A stretch of 64,000 bases of DNA, from assembly GCF_009914755.1 (NCBI RefSeq), contig NC_060936.1, one strand, 5' to 3'. The notes below the pieces were generated by a model. It ran no database searches. It was given only the letters and a program-made list of their open reading frames with translations, and was not told where the DNA came from. Position numbers and translations under genes: made by a program. Positions within the stretch are counted from its first letter, which is position 1. Every line of letters starts with the position of its first letter. Shown one piece after another: positions 47,024 through 60,208 of this stretch. Source of the stretch: the human T2T-CHM13v2.0 reference genome, Homo sapiens.

Positions 47024-50000
47024 TTTTAAATTTTATTATTTTTTAATTTCAATAGGTTTTTGAGGAACAGGTGGTTTTTGGTTACATGGATAAGTTCTTT
47101 AGTAGTGATTTCTGAGATTTTGGTGCACCCATCACCCAAGCAATGTACACTGTACCCTGCCTCACCCCTGCTCCACCCTCTCCCCCGAGCCCCCAAAATC
47201 TATTGTATCATTCTTATACATTTGCATCCTCATAGCTTAGCTCCTGTCTCATGAGTGAGAACATATGATGTTTGGTTTTCCATTCCTGAGTTACTTCACT
47301 TAGAATAATAGTCTCCAATTCCATCCAGGTTGCTGTGAATGCCATTATTTCATTCCTTTTTATGGCTCATTAGTATTCCATGGTGTGTATGTGTGCATAT
47401 ATATATATCACATTTTCTTTATCCACTCACTGATTGATGGGCATTTGGGCTGATTTCATATTTTTGCAATTGTGAATTGTGCTGCTATAAACGTTCGTGT
47501 GCAAGTATTTTTTTTTCTTTGTATAATGACTTTTTTCCTCTGGGTAGATAGTCAGTAGTGGGATTGCTAGATCAAATGGTAGATCTACTTTTAATTCTTT
47601 AGGGAATTTCCACACTGTTTTCCATAGTGGTTGTACTAGTTTACATTTCTACCAGCAGTGTAAAAGTGTTCCCTTTTCACCACATCCATGCCAACATCTA
47701 TTATTTTTTGATTTTTTGATTATGGCCATTCTTGCAGGAACAAGATGGTATTTGCATTGTTGTTGTTTTGATTTGTATTTTCCTGATCATTAGTGATGTT
47801 GAGCATTTTTTCATGTTTGTTGGCCATTTGTATATCTTCTTTTGAGAATTGTCTATTCATGTCCTTAGCCCACTTTTTGATGGGATTTTTTCTATTTTCT
47901 TGCTAGTTTGTTTGAGTTCCTTGTACATTCAGCATTTGTTTGTCTGAAAAAGAGTGTATATTTCCTTCATTTATGAAGCTTAGTTTCACTGGGTGCAAAA
48001 TTCTTGGCTGACAATTGTTTTGTTTAAGGAGGCTAAAGATAAGACCCAGATCTTTTCTAGCTTGGTAGGGTTTCTGCTGAGAAATCTGCTATTAATCTTG
48101 TAGATTTTCCTTTATATGTTATCTGATACTTTTGTGTCACAGCTCTTAAGATTCTTTCCTTCATCTTAACTTTAGCTAACCTGATGACTATGTGCTTAGA
48201 TGGTGATACTTTTGCAATGAATTTTCATGGTGTTCTTTGAGCTTCTTGTATTTGGATGTCTAGATCTCTAGTAAGGCCAGCGACATTTTCCTTGATTGTT
48301 TCCTCAAATACATTTTCCAAACTTTTAGATTTCTCTTCTTTCTCAGCAGTATTAATTATTCTTAGGTTTAGTTGTTTAACATAATCCCAAACTTCTTGGA
48401 GATGTTGTTCTTTTTTTATTCTTTTTTTTTTTTGTCTTTGTTGGATTGGGTTAATTTGAAAGCCTTGTCTTTGAGCTCTGAAATTCTTTCTTATACTTGT
48501 TCGATTCTATTGTTGAGACTTTCCATTGTATTTTGCATTTCTTTAAGTGTGTCCTTCATTTCCAGGCTTTGTCATTGTTTTTTATTTATGCTGTCTATTT
48601 CTCTGAAGATTTTTCCATCCATATCTTGTAACATTTAAAACATTTCTTTAAATTGGTATTACCTTTCTCTGGTGCCTCCTTGAGTAGCTTAATAATCAAC
48701 CTTCTGAGTTCTTTTTCTGGCAATTCAGAAATTTCTTCTTGGTTTGGATCCATTGCTGGTGAGCCAGAGGGATCTTCTGGGGGTGTTAAAGAATCTTGTT
48801 TTGTCATATTACCAGAATTGTTTTTCTGGTTTCTTCTCATTTGGGTAGACTAGGTCAGAGGGAAGATCTGGGACTCAGGGGCTTCTGTTGAGATTCTTTT
48901 GTCCCATGGGGTGCTCCGTTGATGTGGTGTTCTCCCCCTTCCCCTAGGGATGGAGCTTCCTGAGAACTGAACTGCAGTGATTGTTATTTCTCTTCTGGGT
49001 CTAGGCACCCATCGAAGCTACCGGGCTCTGGGCTGGTACAGAGGAGTGTCTGCAAAAAATCCTGTAATATGATCCACCTTCAGGTCTCTCAGCCATGGAT
49101 ACCAGCACCTGCTCTGGTGGAGGTAGTAGGGGAGTGAAGTGGATTCTGTGAAGGTCCTTGATTGTATTTTTTTTAGTGCACTGGTTTTGTGTTGGTTGGC
49201 CTCCAGCCAGGAAGTGGTGCTTTCAAGAGAGCATCAGCTGATAGTATAGGTAAGACACAAGGTTGCCCTAGGGTTGCCTGGATAAATATTTGGGTTTCTC
49301 AGGTGGTGGATGAGGACATAGAGCTCTGAAGAGATTATGTCCTTTGTCTTTGGCTACCAGAGTGGTATAGAAAAACAATTAGGTGGGTGCAGGGTTAGGC
49401 GTGTCTAAGCCTAGACTGTCCTTGGGCAGGGCTTGCTGTGGCTGCTGTGGGAGATGATGGTGTGGTTCTCAGGTGGATAGAGTTACGTTCTCGGGGAGAT
49501 TATGGCTGCCTCTGCTGCATCATACAGGTTGCCAGGGAAGTGGAGGAAAGCTGGCAGTGACAGGCCTCACCCAGCTCCCACATGGCCCAAAAGTCCAGTC
49601 TCACTCCCACCGTGCCCTCCCAATGTCAGTGAGTTTATTTCTAGGCAGCTGGTGAGCAGGGCTGAGAACATGCCCCAGACTACAAGCCTCCCCGCTAAGA
49701 AAAAAAGCAGGACTTTCAGGTTTCGAGCCCCTCTACTTCTGTGCTTGTGTCTGCACTCCCCATTTGCCCCCTCCTCCAGATTCTGTCCAGGAAACTTTAT
49801 ATTTGGTTGAAATTGCTACAAAGTTCAGCTGGAAGTGTTCTTATCCCTGTGATCTTTCCCCAATTCCACTGGCAGCCCTCCCCAAGGATCCCTGCGAGAT
49901 CAAGTTAGAAATGTCTTCCCTGGGGACTGAGAGTGCCCACAGGGCTCTTCCTGCTGCTTCCTCCACCCTGTATTTTGCTTGGCTCTCTAAATTTGTCTCA

Positions 50001-50294
50001 GCTCCAAGTAAGGTCACATCCTTCTCCTGTGATATGGACCCTCAGATTCCCCAGTGAGGATGTTTGTTTGAGGGTGGACATTCCCCCTCTCACACATTGG
50101 GCACTCACAGTTTTGGCTATCTTATGGGGCCTGCAGCAGCAAGCCACTTCCTTCAGAGGGTCAGTGGATTCTCTCAGCTTTCCTGGTATGTTCCTGTGTT
50201 AGTTCTTGTGAGTCTCCACAGGCTGCTCTGTCCATTCGAGTGGGAACTGCAAGTTCGGCCTATCTCCTATATGCCATTCTTGCTCTTATTATGC
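47024..50294 (-). mobile_element. L1PB(1)-like element: 5' UTR, ORF1 and 3' end retained, most of ORF2 deleted
   Basis: 15-bp TSD ttttatactattctt (47009, 50295); ORF1 N-terminus MRRNQKNNSGNMTKQ (48840); ORF2 C-terminal remnant 47427-47615; junction ~47930. Confidence 0.88.
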
Positions 50295-50309
50295 TTTTAT
50301 ACTATTCTT

Positions 50310-52550
50310 GTCAGATGTTTTTCATATCACGATTTTGCTAGAATCATAAAATGAATTGATAAATATATTGTGTTTTACTATTTTCTGGAGAAGTTTGTGT
50401 AAATTTGGAGTACCTTTTTTTATTTGATTGTTTGTTAGAACTCATCAGTAAAGCCAGCTGAACCTACTGTTTTCTTTCTGAGAAATAGCGATATCATTCT
50501 TAATAGTTTTATGCAGTCTTTAAGCAATAGTACTAGTGTACTGGTTTTCGGAAGTGGTGTCAGTTCTGACTGGGCCAATATCTTCTCTGGTAGTTTGTGC
50601 CTGTGTTAAACCAAGTTTTAAATGTTCTATCATTTTTGTTTACAAGACATTTTGGGTTGTCTGTTTCTTCTGAGTCAATTTGAAGTTGCTGTTCTAGGAA
50701 TTTGACCATTTTATTTAAAATTCCTCTCATATTTTAAATCTATTTAATGTGTTTGTAATGATGTACGCTTTTTCATTTCTTATATTGGTTATTTGTGTAT
50801 TCTCCTCTTTTTCTTGAAGTTTTTAGTTAGTTTTGGTTAATATATCTTTTTCTACTTTTTTGTGTTATTTTCCTAGCTGCTGACTTATTGCAATAAATGT
50901 TTAGCTCAGTATTCAGCTTTTTCTTACCTAATATATGCATTTTGAAGCTATGACTTTCTCTCTAAACATTGTTTTGGCTGCATCCCACAATTTTTTTATT
51001 ATAGTGTTGACATCATCATCAATCAGTTAAAAATAGTTTTGTAAAATTTTCATTACGATTTCTCCTTTGGCTCATGGACTATTTTGACAAGTGTTTCTAA
51101 AATTCCAAACTATGTGGAGCTTTTCTAGTTATCTTTTGTTATCTATTCCCAGATTGTGTTGTTTTGTGGTAATAAAAAATTTTAGTGTGATTACTATTTG
51201 TTGAAACTCGATTTTTTTTTTCACCAGGAAAGTGTTAATTGTGTAAGTAATCTATTGCTCTTTAAGAGAATATGTATTCTTCAGTTGTTGAGGAAGTATT
51301 TATGTGTAGTAGGTGAGTTTGGCCAGTCTTGTTCAAATCATCTATATGCTTGCTGATTTTTCCATTTCGTCTGCCTTTTTTAAAAAATTAATTACTAAGA
51401 GAAGTATGTTTAAATCTTTCACTATGATTGTCATTGTTTAGTTTTTTCTTACAGTTCTCTCAAATTTTGCTTTACTTAATTTGAGGCTGTGTTCTTGGGT
51501 GCAATCAGATTGATAGCTGTTATATCATCTTGGTGAATTGAACATTTTATCATTTTGATAATAGTACTTTTCTTAATTATGCTTTTTAAATTACATGACC
51601 TTTTTGTAATAATGTTCACTTTCCCATAAAGCCTGCTTTATCTGATGCTAACATAGGAAAGTGGCTTTATTTTGCTTATTATTTTCATGGTAATATTTTT
51701 CCAGCCATTTGCTTTCAACCCTTCCATGTACCTGTGTTTAAATTTTGCTTCTTATAAAAGGTATGTTCTTGGATATTTAAAAATATTGTCTAACAATATT
51801 ACCTTCTGACTGAATAATCCATTAATGTAAATACTAATATATTTGGTTTAAATCTACCTTGCTTTTGCTTGTCCTGGATTTTGTTATTTTTCCTCTCCTT
51901 TAATATCTACTTTTGGATTGATTTCTTTATCATTCATTTTTTCACTATAAGTTTTGAAATTATGCATTCTTTTTGTGCTTTTAGTGGTTACCTTCAGGAC
52001 AACATACGTACTTAACTTATTAAAATCTACATTGATGTGTATTTACTCCCCTAATGACTTACATGGCATTACTGTACATTTTCCTTTTTAACCCAAAATA
52101 ATAGTATTATTTTTATTTGTTTTTCTTGTTTTATACAAGAAATGTTTGTTTTTTAAATTAATCTCCTACATATTTACTATTTGGTTTGTTTTTTACTCCC
52201 TCTTGCATTTTAGACGTTTCTTCTAGGATTACTTCGTTCTGTTGAAGTACATGCTTTAGAATTTCCTTTGGTGAGGATCTTCTGGAGGCAAACACTTCCA
52301 ATTTTTGATTGCCTGTACATGTCATTATTTTACATTTATTTGTAAAATAAATTTTCATGGGGTAGATAATTTAAGGTCAGAAATCATGTTGTTTCAACAC
52401 ATTCAAAACCTCATCTACTCATTTCCATTTTTGCTGTTGAGAGTTAAGCCGTTGCTGCTTTGGAAGTTTTAGGACTTCTTTAACCAGTTTCTTTTGAGAT
52501 TTTCCTCTTTGTTTTTTGCATAGTTGTACTGAGAATGGTCTTCTTTTTAT
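50310..52550 (-). mobile_element. Old L1M (host of the L1PB insertion; continues at ~46670-47008)
   Basis: Antisense ORF2/ORF1 remnants such as 'gctgcatcccacaatttttt' and ORF 52158-52358 'FASRRSSPKEILKHVLQ'. Confidence 0.7.
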
Positions 52551-52554
52551 TTTA

Positions 52555-52730
52555 GTGGGTAAGAACACATACTCTGGAACTAAACTGCCTAGGTTTGAAT
52601 CTCATCTCTGCCACTTAACAGTTTTGTGATCTTGAGTAGATTAGTTAACTTTTCTGCATCAAGGTTACCCTCATCTGTAATTAGAGATAACTATAAACTC
52701 CTAACCTCAATAAAGAGTAGTTGTCATTAT
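52555..52730 (+). mobile_element. MIR SINE
   Basis: 'actctggaactaaactgcctaggtttgaatctcatctctgccacttaacag...ctcatctgtaa'. Confidence 0.7.
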
Positions 52731-53909
52731 TATGTGAAATTATTTTTAAATTATTATGTTTTTAAAGTTTAATAGCTTCAAATATACATGAAGTATACTT
52801 GGTAATCATTATTTAAAGGCACCTTTAATGTTTATCAACAATATCTCCTTATAGATACTTTAGCTTTCAACATTCTGCAGAAAAGAGAGTAAACTGTGCC
52901 TAACCAGCGAATTAAGTACATAGCAAATAAGAGAAAACCTTAGTTTGCCTCTAAATGCAGTTTACATATTTGTATCGTAGATATAATTTATTTTAATGTA
53001 TGTTATCCTTATATTTATATCCATTATCTATACCTTTATTCATATCTATATCCATATGGATGGACATTTGCAATAGGGCTAATTGGAGGATAGAAGGAAG
53101 GAGGGGACAAGTATTTAGGAGCAGTTCAGTATCAATCCATGAATTACTGGAGATTGAACAGTAATTCAGATTTTAGGATAGCCTTGAAAATGGGTCAAGC
53201 TTTTAAAAACGCAGCAGTTGGTCAATATAGCCTTTCACAGAGGGACATTCCACCATAGAATTCCTTTGATTGCTGCTTTGTGTAAGAAGAGCCTCAGGCT
53301 TTTTCCCATAAAACATTTGCCTTATAGTTTTGCCGTGTTCAGCATTTTTATTTGCTTTTTGTGTTCTGCATTGGTCTATTCTTGCACTTCCCAGCTCTTG
53401 AGTGCTGTCCCCTCTAGCTGCGCCTCTGGTAGCTTCTGCAACTCCTTGACTCATGTGACCCATGTCAAATCATGAAACCTCCTGGGCCTGCCTCTCTTTG
53501 TTCTCCAGCACCATTTCTCACTTTGGCCCCTTCATTCTGCTACCTTAGGCTGGAAATCTGCTACTAACTCTTGGTCAATTATAATTCTCTTCCTATCCAG
53601 ATACAAAAGAGAAACTTTAGCATATAACTCTCCAGATACCTTTCATGCTATTTCACATATTTTAAAAGTACTCTCCCTTCCAGTTAAATCCTTGCCAGAT
53701 ATTCCATATACATTTAAAAATAATGAATTTGTAGTCTCTTTTAGGGGAATGTAGTGCAGTAGTTTTCAAATTATGATTAAAAATAGTAATGGGTCAAGGA
53801 GTATAGTGAATCATAAATAGCATTTTTTAAAAAGAAATGAAACACAAAAAACACTAGAATGCTCTGCATATAAAAATGTTTCCTGAAACTTCCATTTTAT
53901 GATATATAT

Positions 53910-54460
53910 TGTTAAAAACAAAATTTCTTAGGTTGGTCTTCAGCATACGTCAAATTTTATTTACTTGCTGGCAAGGAGCTAATAAAAGATTATATCCATT
54001 CGGAGAGGGTTTGGAAATGGAAGGAATACATAGTCGGGAAACAGAATGTTTACCTAAGCAGTTAGTTTTAAAAAGAGGAAGAAAGCATAAAGTTTATTTC
54101 ACAAGGTCACAGAAACACCATATCCATATCAGTTATTACAAGGGCAGTTTGCGGCAGGATAATTTGAGATGTCTGTATGCTGCTATTGGAAAAACAAAAC
54201 AAAACAACATCTAAGAAGCAAATGCTAAGAATATCTTTGTGGCTGACAATTAGTGTAACAAGGTTTTATCCATCAACAGTTGTGTCTGACAATTAACATA
54301 GAAGCATGAACTAGTGTCAAGCAGAGATCAGAAGCAGAACACCAACTAAAAAATTCAGATTTAAGCAAATTGCTTGAGTGATTTTCTCTAGTCACAAGAA
54401 AAGATGCAGAACACACCATTTTTCCATTTTTTAGTTTGAGAATATTTTTCCCCTTTGACA
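53910..54460. mobile_element. Candidate solo LTR nested in an old hAT MITE (~53757-54538)
   Basis: TG...CA ends (tgttaaa...tttgaca, short inverted termini); flanks atat/ataa; outer cagtagttttc...gaaacactg termini. Confidence 0.45.
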
Positions 54461-54709
54461 ATAAGCATGTATGTATTGGGTCATGATAAAAGATGTAGTT
54501 GCTGCCATAATGTTCAGTCAAAAAGTCAAGAAACACTGACCTAGATGCACTAGATCTCAGACTCCAGATTTTATCGTTTTGGAAGAAAAAGCTGAAATTT
54601 GTTTGATTTAAATATGGGTGTATTTAAGCATTCATCTACTCATCGTTTTAGGATTTTAGCATTGAGTTTAATGTTGAATAACTGGCTGAAGCTCGTGAAA
54701 CCCACAAGA

Positions 54710-54920
54710 TAATAATAAGAGAGAAAACTAATGTAGAACTCACTATGTTCAAAGCACTTTACTTACATCATTTCACAGCAACTCTATAAGATAAACGCTT
54801 TCATTAGCCCCCTTTTACAAAAAAGGAAGTGAGACACAGGATGGAAGAATATTAGTGGGCAAGGAGTCAGGACTGAAGCAATCTGACTCCAGAGTCTGCA
54901 CATCTGAGCATGGTGCCATA
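54710..54920 (-). mobile_element. MIR SINE
   Basis: 'aagcactttacttacatcatttcacagcaactctataagata...gcaatctgactccagagtctg'. Confidence 0.7.
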
Positions 54921-55804
54921 TTGAGTCCCCAGATGATGGTCCTGGCTATAGGCACTTCTAGCTTCTTGAAAGGATGGTAATGAAAATTAATAACTGACTT
55001 GAAGCTTTGGAGTTTTCAGGGACAAAAAGAATCATTGTGTGACGATGCAATTTAACATCCCTTGATCCACCCACTTGGTCCCTTTAGTTTATTCACCACA
55101 TTGAAGCATAAATACCAATAGGAACTAGGGATGCTGGTGGCAGCAGAGTTGAAATCCCAGCATTGGGGATTTTGATATGACATTTTTCAATAATTCAGAG
55201 GGCTAATACTCCATGCCACAATACTTTGGAGTTAAGTTCACAGCTTTGAAAATCTTAGCTTCTTGAGTATACGAGGTAGAAATTATTCTATCCTGGTTGA
55301 CAAAATTATCTTTAATAGAATATAATAGAACCACATTACAAGCTATTCATTGGAACTTTGTACAAACTGAGCATCTTTTGAACAATTTCAAAATCTTATA
55401 CGGAGAAATACTAACTAAGCTGCCAGGGACTATCATTTTAATGAACCTCCCAGACAATGGCTTTAAAAATAGCTGCAAAGGGTGGTTTATTTAATTCAGA
55501 GAGACATACTACTACAGTTTAACTGTAAGAAGATGTAACCACGGCTAAAGGTTTGATTGACCAAATTTGTCTCCAGATCGTACCTTAGGACTTTTAGCTT
55601 TATCCTGTCTCATCTTCCTGCTCTTTTTAGGATCCAGCATTCCTAGGAGGATCCAGCCCATTTGAGGAACAGAATAAATTTGAATTATGTTTATAACTTG
55701 GGAAGGCTCAAGGAATACAAGTCACAGCTAATAGGGAGGAGGGGTAATAAGGAATCAGTAGCTGGCCCTTCCTTTGGGCACCTGACAACTAATTTGGAGG
55801 GAAT

Positions 55805-58800
55805 CATTGCTGCTACAAACGTTGTTGTGTGGGCTGAGTTTGGGCTGACATGGCTGTAGCTGCCAGCTGGCCAAGGAGGGACAGGAAACTAGGCTCTCCT
55901 ATGCATATCTAGGATAATACTCACTGCCCTCCAATGGGCTGCTGTGAAACTGAGAAGTGAGCGGACCACACTTCCTACAGCTTCTTGCTCATATTGCATG
56001 GCTGGGAAGGGTCCTGCCCTCCCTGATTGCAGGCCTAAGGTGCTGTTTTGAGAGTTTAACGCTGGGCTGTGCCCCAACTTCAGAACGAGTTTGAGTTGAT
56101 GTGGCAGCAGCTGCTGCCTGACCAAGGAGGGACAAGAAAACCAGTCTCTCCTATGCATACCTAGAACAATACCCACCACCCTGCTACAGCCTGCGGTGAG
56201 ATCGAGACTCAAGCAGACTGCATACCTCACAGATTCTTGCCCATGCTGCTTTCCTGAGGGGGACACCACCCCACCCACTCTGGTCACAAAGCCACAGCTG
56301 GCACCATTTTGAGAGTTTAATGTTGGGCTATACCTTACTCTTGGGCCGAGTTCAAGGCCCACCCAGCTAAGGGAGGAACAGGGGAGACCAAACTATCCTA
56401 AGCACACTTAGGACAACACCCACTGCCCTACTATGGGCAACTGTGAGACTGAGGACTAGTCCACTCAATCCATTGCAGCTACCAAGAACACCAACACAGA
56501 CTCCTTGGGTCCTAGTGGGTTGCTCCATCAGTGCTATAGCCACCACCCATATGACACCAGCTGCCTAGGGGCTTGAGAACCTGCCCACACATCTGGCCGA
56601 CTACTCCCACTACTAACTTCTTTATTATTATTATTATTATACTTTAAGTTCTGGTATACATTTGCAGAACATGCAGGTTTGTTACATAGGTATACATGTG
56701 CCCTGGCTGTTTGCTGCACCTATCAACCGGTTTGCTGCACCTATCAACCTGTCATCTAGGTTTTAAGACCCACATGCATTAGGTATTTGTCCTAATGCTC
56801 TCCCTCCCCCTGCTCCCTACCCACCGACAGGCCCCAGTGTGTGCTGTTCCCCTCCCTGTGTCCATGTGTTCTCATTGTTCAACTCCCACTTATGAGTGAG
56901 AACATGTGGTGTTTGGTTTTCTGTTGCTGTGTTAGTTTGCTGAGAAAATGGTTTCCAACTTCATCCATGTCCCTGCAAAGGACATGAACTCATTCTTTTT
57001 AATGGCTGCATAGCATTCCATGGTGTATATGTGCCACATTTTCTTTATCCAGTCTATCATTGATGGGCATTTGGGTTGGTTCCAAGTTTTTGCTATTGTA
57101 AATAGTGCCGCAATAAACACACGTGTGCATGTGTCTTTACAGTAGAATGATTTATAATCCTTTGGGTATATACCCAGTAATGGGATTGCTGGGTCAAATG
57201 GTATTTCTGGTTCCAGATCCTTGAGGAATTGCCACACTGTCTTCCACAATAGTTGAACTGATTTACACTGCACGAACAGTGTAAAAGTGTTTCTATTTCT
57301 CCACAGCCTCTGTTGTTTCCTGACTTTTTGATGATCACCATTCTAGCTGGAATGGGATGGAATCTCATTCCTGCTACTAACTTCTAAGCAAGCCACCTAG
57401 AAGCCCATGAATCAGCCCTCCAGGATTCACTAACACTGGAGCCTGTGAAACCTGCTCTGAGGCTTAAAAACAAGCACATTTACCCCACTGCTGCCACCAG
57501 TGGGGTCTGGAGGCGGCTTAGTTTGTGTCCAGATCTGCAGCAAAACTTCACCATAACCTCAACTAATAACTCTACCCTAAGCCACCAAGGAAACCAGGAA
57601 TACCACTGACCTTGTGTATTGTCAAAGAAGTAACACAAAGTTTGAACTATCGCAGTCACCCAAAATCAAAGCCAAAATAGCCTACTCAACCAACAACATA
57701 TATACACCCTCAGGAAAAAATAATTGTCCCCTACAAAAGCAATTTCATAAAATTGGAACAAGTAACTGCTACATCAGATGCACATATCAATGGAAGGACA
57801 TAGTTAACATGAAAAAGCAGGACATACTATACAACCAAAGGACCACAACAGTCATCCAGCAATAAATCCTAATAAAAATAATTCCCTGAAATGCCAGCTA
57901 AAGCATTCAAAATATTGGTTTGAAAGAACCTCAATGAAATGCAGGAAAAATCTGAAAACCAATACAAAGAAATCAGAAAATCAATTCAGAATATGAATGA
58001 AAAATTTACCAAGGAGATAAATATCTTTAAAAAAAAGAATTTCTGAACTAAAAAATTCATTGAAGGAAATACAGAATACACTTGAAAGCTTTAGTGACAC
58101 ACTAGAGCAAGCAGAAGAAAGAATCTCAGAACTTGAATATGGGTCTTTTGAAATACTTCTGTCACACAGAAATAAGAAAAAAGAATGAACAAAGCCTCTG
58201 AAAGCTGGAACAAGGAAAGGATGCCCATTTTCACCATTCTTATTTAAGATAGTACTGGAATTTCTCACCACAGCTATCAGGCAAGAGAAAACTATTAAAG
58301 ACATACAAATTGGAAAACAAGAAGTCAAATCACTTCTGTTTGCTGATCTTAAAACTAAAAAATCCTAAAGTCTTCAACAAAAAACCTCTTAGTTTGATAG
58401 ATGAATTTTGTAAAGCTTCAGTACACAAAAGAAATCAGTAGCATTTCTATATACCAATAATGATCTAACCGAGGACCAAATCAAGAAGGCAATCACATTT
58501 GTAATAACTACATAAAACAATATCTAGGAATATATTTACCCAAGGACATGAAAGGTCTCTAAAAAGAGAGCTACAAAACACTGATGAAAGAAAGTGTAGA
58601 TGACACAAACATGGAAAAACATTCCATCTTCATGGTTTGGGAGCATCAATATTACTAAAATGACCATACTGCCCAAAGCAATCTACAGGTTCAATATTTT
58701 TCACAGATAATTAGAAAAAAACAATCCTAAAATTCATATGGAACAAAAAAACAGCTGGAATAGCCAAAGCAATTCTAAGCCAAAAGAACAAACCTGGAGG

Positions 58801-60139
58801 CATCACACTACCTCACTTCAAATTATGCTACAAGGTTATAGTAACCAAAACAACAAATGGTACTGGTATAAAAAATAGACACATACATCAATGAAAAGAC
58901 TAGAGAGCCCAGAAGTAAAACCGTATACCTTTAACCAACTGGTCTTTGACAAAGTTAACAAAAATATACACTAAGGAAAGGACACCCTGTTTAATAAATG
59001 GTGCTGGGAAAATTGGATAGCCATTTGCAGAAGAATGAAACTAGACCCATACATCTTACCAGATACAAAACTGAAGATGGATTAATGACCTAAACATAAG
59101 ACCTGAAATTATTAAAAAAATCCAACAAGAAAACCTAAAAAATTCTCCTGGACATTGGCCTAGGCAAAACATTTATGACCAAGTCCTCAAAATCAAATGC
59201 AACAACAACAAAAAATAGACAAGTGGGACTTAATTAAACTAAAAAGCTACACAGCAAAGGAAATAGTCACGAGAGTAAACACACAACTTGCAGAATGGGA
59301 AAAAATTGCAAACTATGTATCTAACAAAGATCTAATATCTAGAATCTACAAGGAACTCAAGCAGCTCAACAAGAAAAAAAACCATTAAAAAGTGGACTAA
59401 AAGCATGAACATATATTTTTCAAGAGAAAATATACAAGTTTTCAACAAACATGTAAAAAAGTGCTCAACATCACTAATCATCAGAGGAATGAATATTAAA
59501 ATGACAATAAGATGTCATCTTAACACCAGTCAGAATGACTATTATTAAAAAGTCAAAAAAAAAAAAAACCAGATATTGGCAAGAATGTGGAGAAGATGGA
59601 ATACTTTTATAACACTGTTGGTGGGAATGTAAATTAGTACAATCTTTATGGAAAAAAGTAGAGAGATTTCTCAGGTAACTAAAAATTGAACCACCATTGG
59701 ATTCAGCAGTTCTACAACTGGGTGTATATCCAAAGGGAAATAAATTATTATGTCAAAAAGATACCTGTACTTGTATGTTTATTGCATCACTATTTACAAT
59801 AGCAAATATATGGAATTAACCTACGTGTCCATCAGTAGAGGACTGGATAAAGAACTACTCAGCCATAAAAAATAATGAATCATGTCTTTTGTAGTAACAT
59901 GGATGTAACTGGAGGCCATTATCCTAACTAAAATAACTCAGCCAAATAGCACATGTTCTCACTTAGAATTGGAAGCTAAACAATGAATAAACATGGACAT
60001 GCACAGTGGAATAATAGACATTGGAAACTACAAAGAGTGGGAGGGTGGGAGATGGGTAAGGGTTGAAAAATTACCTATTGGGTACAATGTTCACTATTTA
60101 GGTGATGAGTACTCTAAAAGCCAAGACTTTGTCACTAGC

Positions 60140-60142
<3 letters not shown>
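55805..60142 (+). mobile_element. L1MA1-3/L1PB4-like element: repeat-containing 5' UTR, partial ORF1, internal deletion, ORF2 3' half, 3' UTR
   Basis: ORF1 coiled-coil text 57890-58195; ORF2 remnant [12 protein letters not shown] (59197-59388); 3' UTR 'ttacctattgggtacaatgttcactatt'. Confidence 0.85.
56622..57368 (-). mobile_element. 5'-truncated L1PA (PA7/8-like) inserted in the older L1 5' UTR
   Basis: ORF2 C-terminus WKTVWQFLKDLEPEIPFDPAIPLLGIYP; (TTA)n tail; TSD tcc(ca/tg)ctactaacttct; internal 21-bp-period duplication 56709-56749. Confidence 0.92.

Positions 60143-60202
<60 letters not shown>
60143..60202. repeat. Perfect (AT)30 microsatellite
   Basis: Direct count, 60 bp uninterrupted. 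Confidence 0.95.

Positions 60203-60208
<6 letters not shown>

Noticed and set aside
55889-56362. 157-aa minus-strand ORF with internal repetition
   Set aside because: Antisense reading of the ~250-bp monomers in an L1 5' UTR; non-ATG start.
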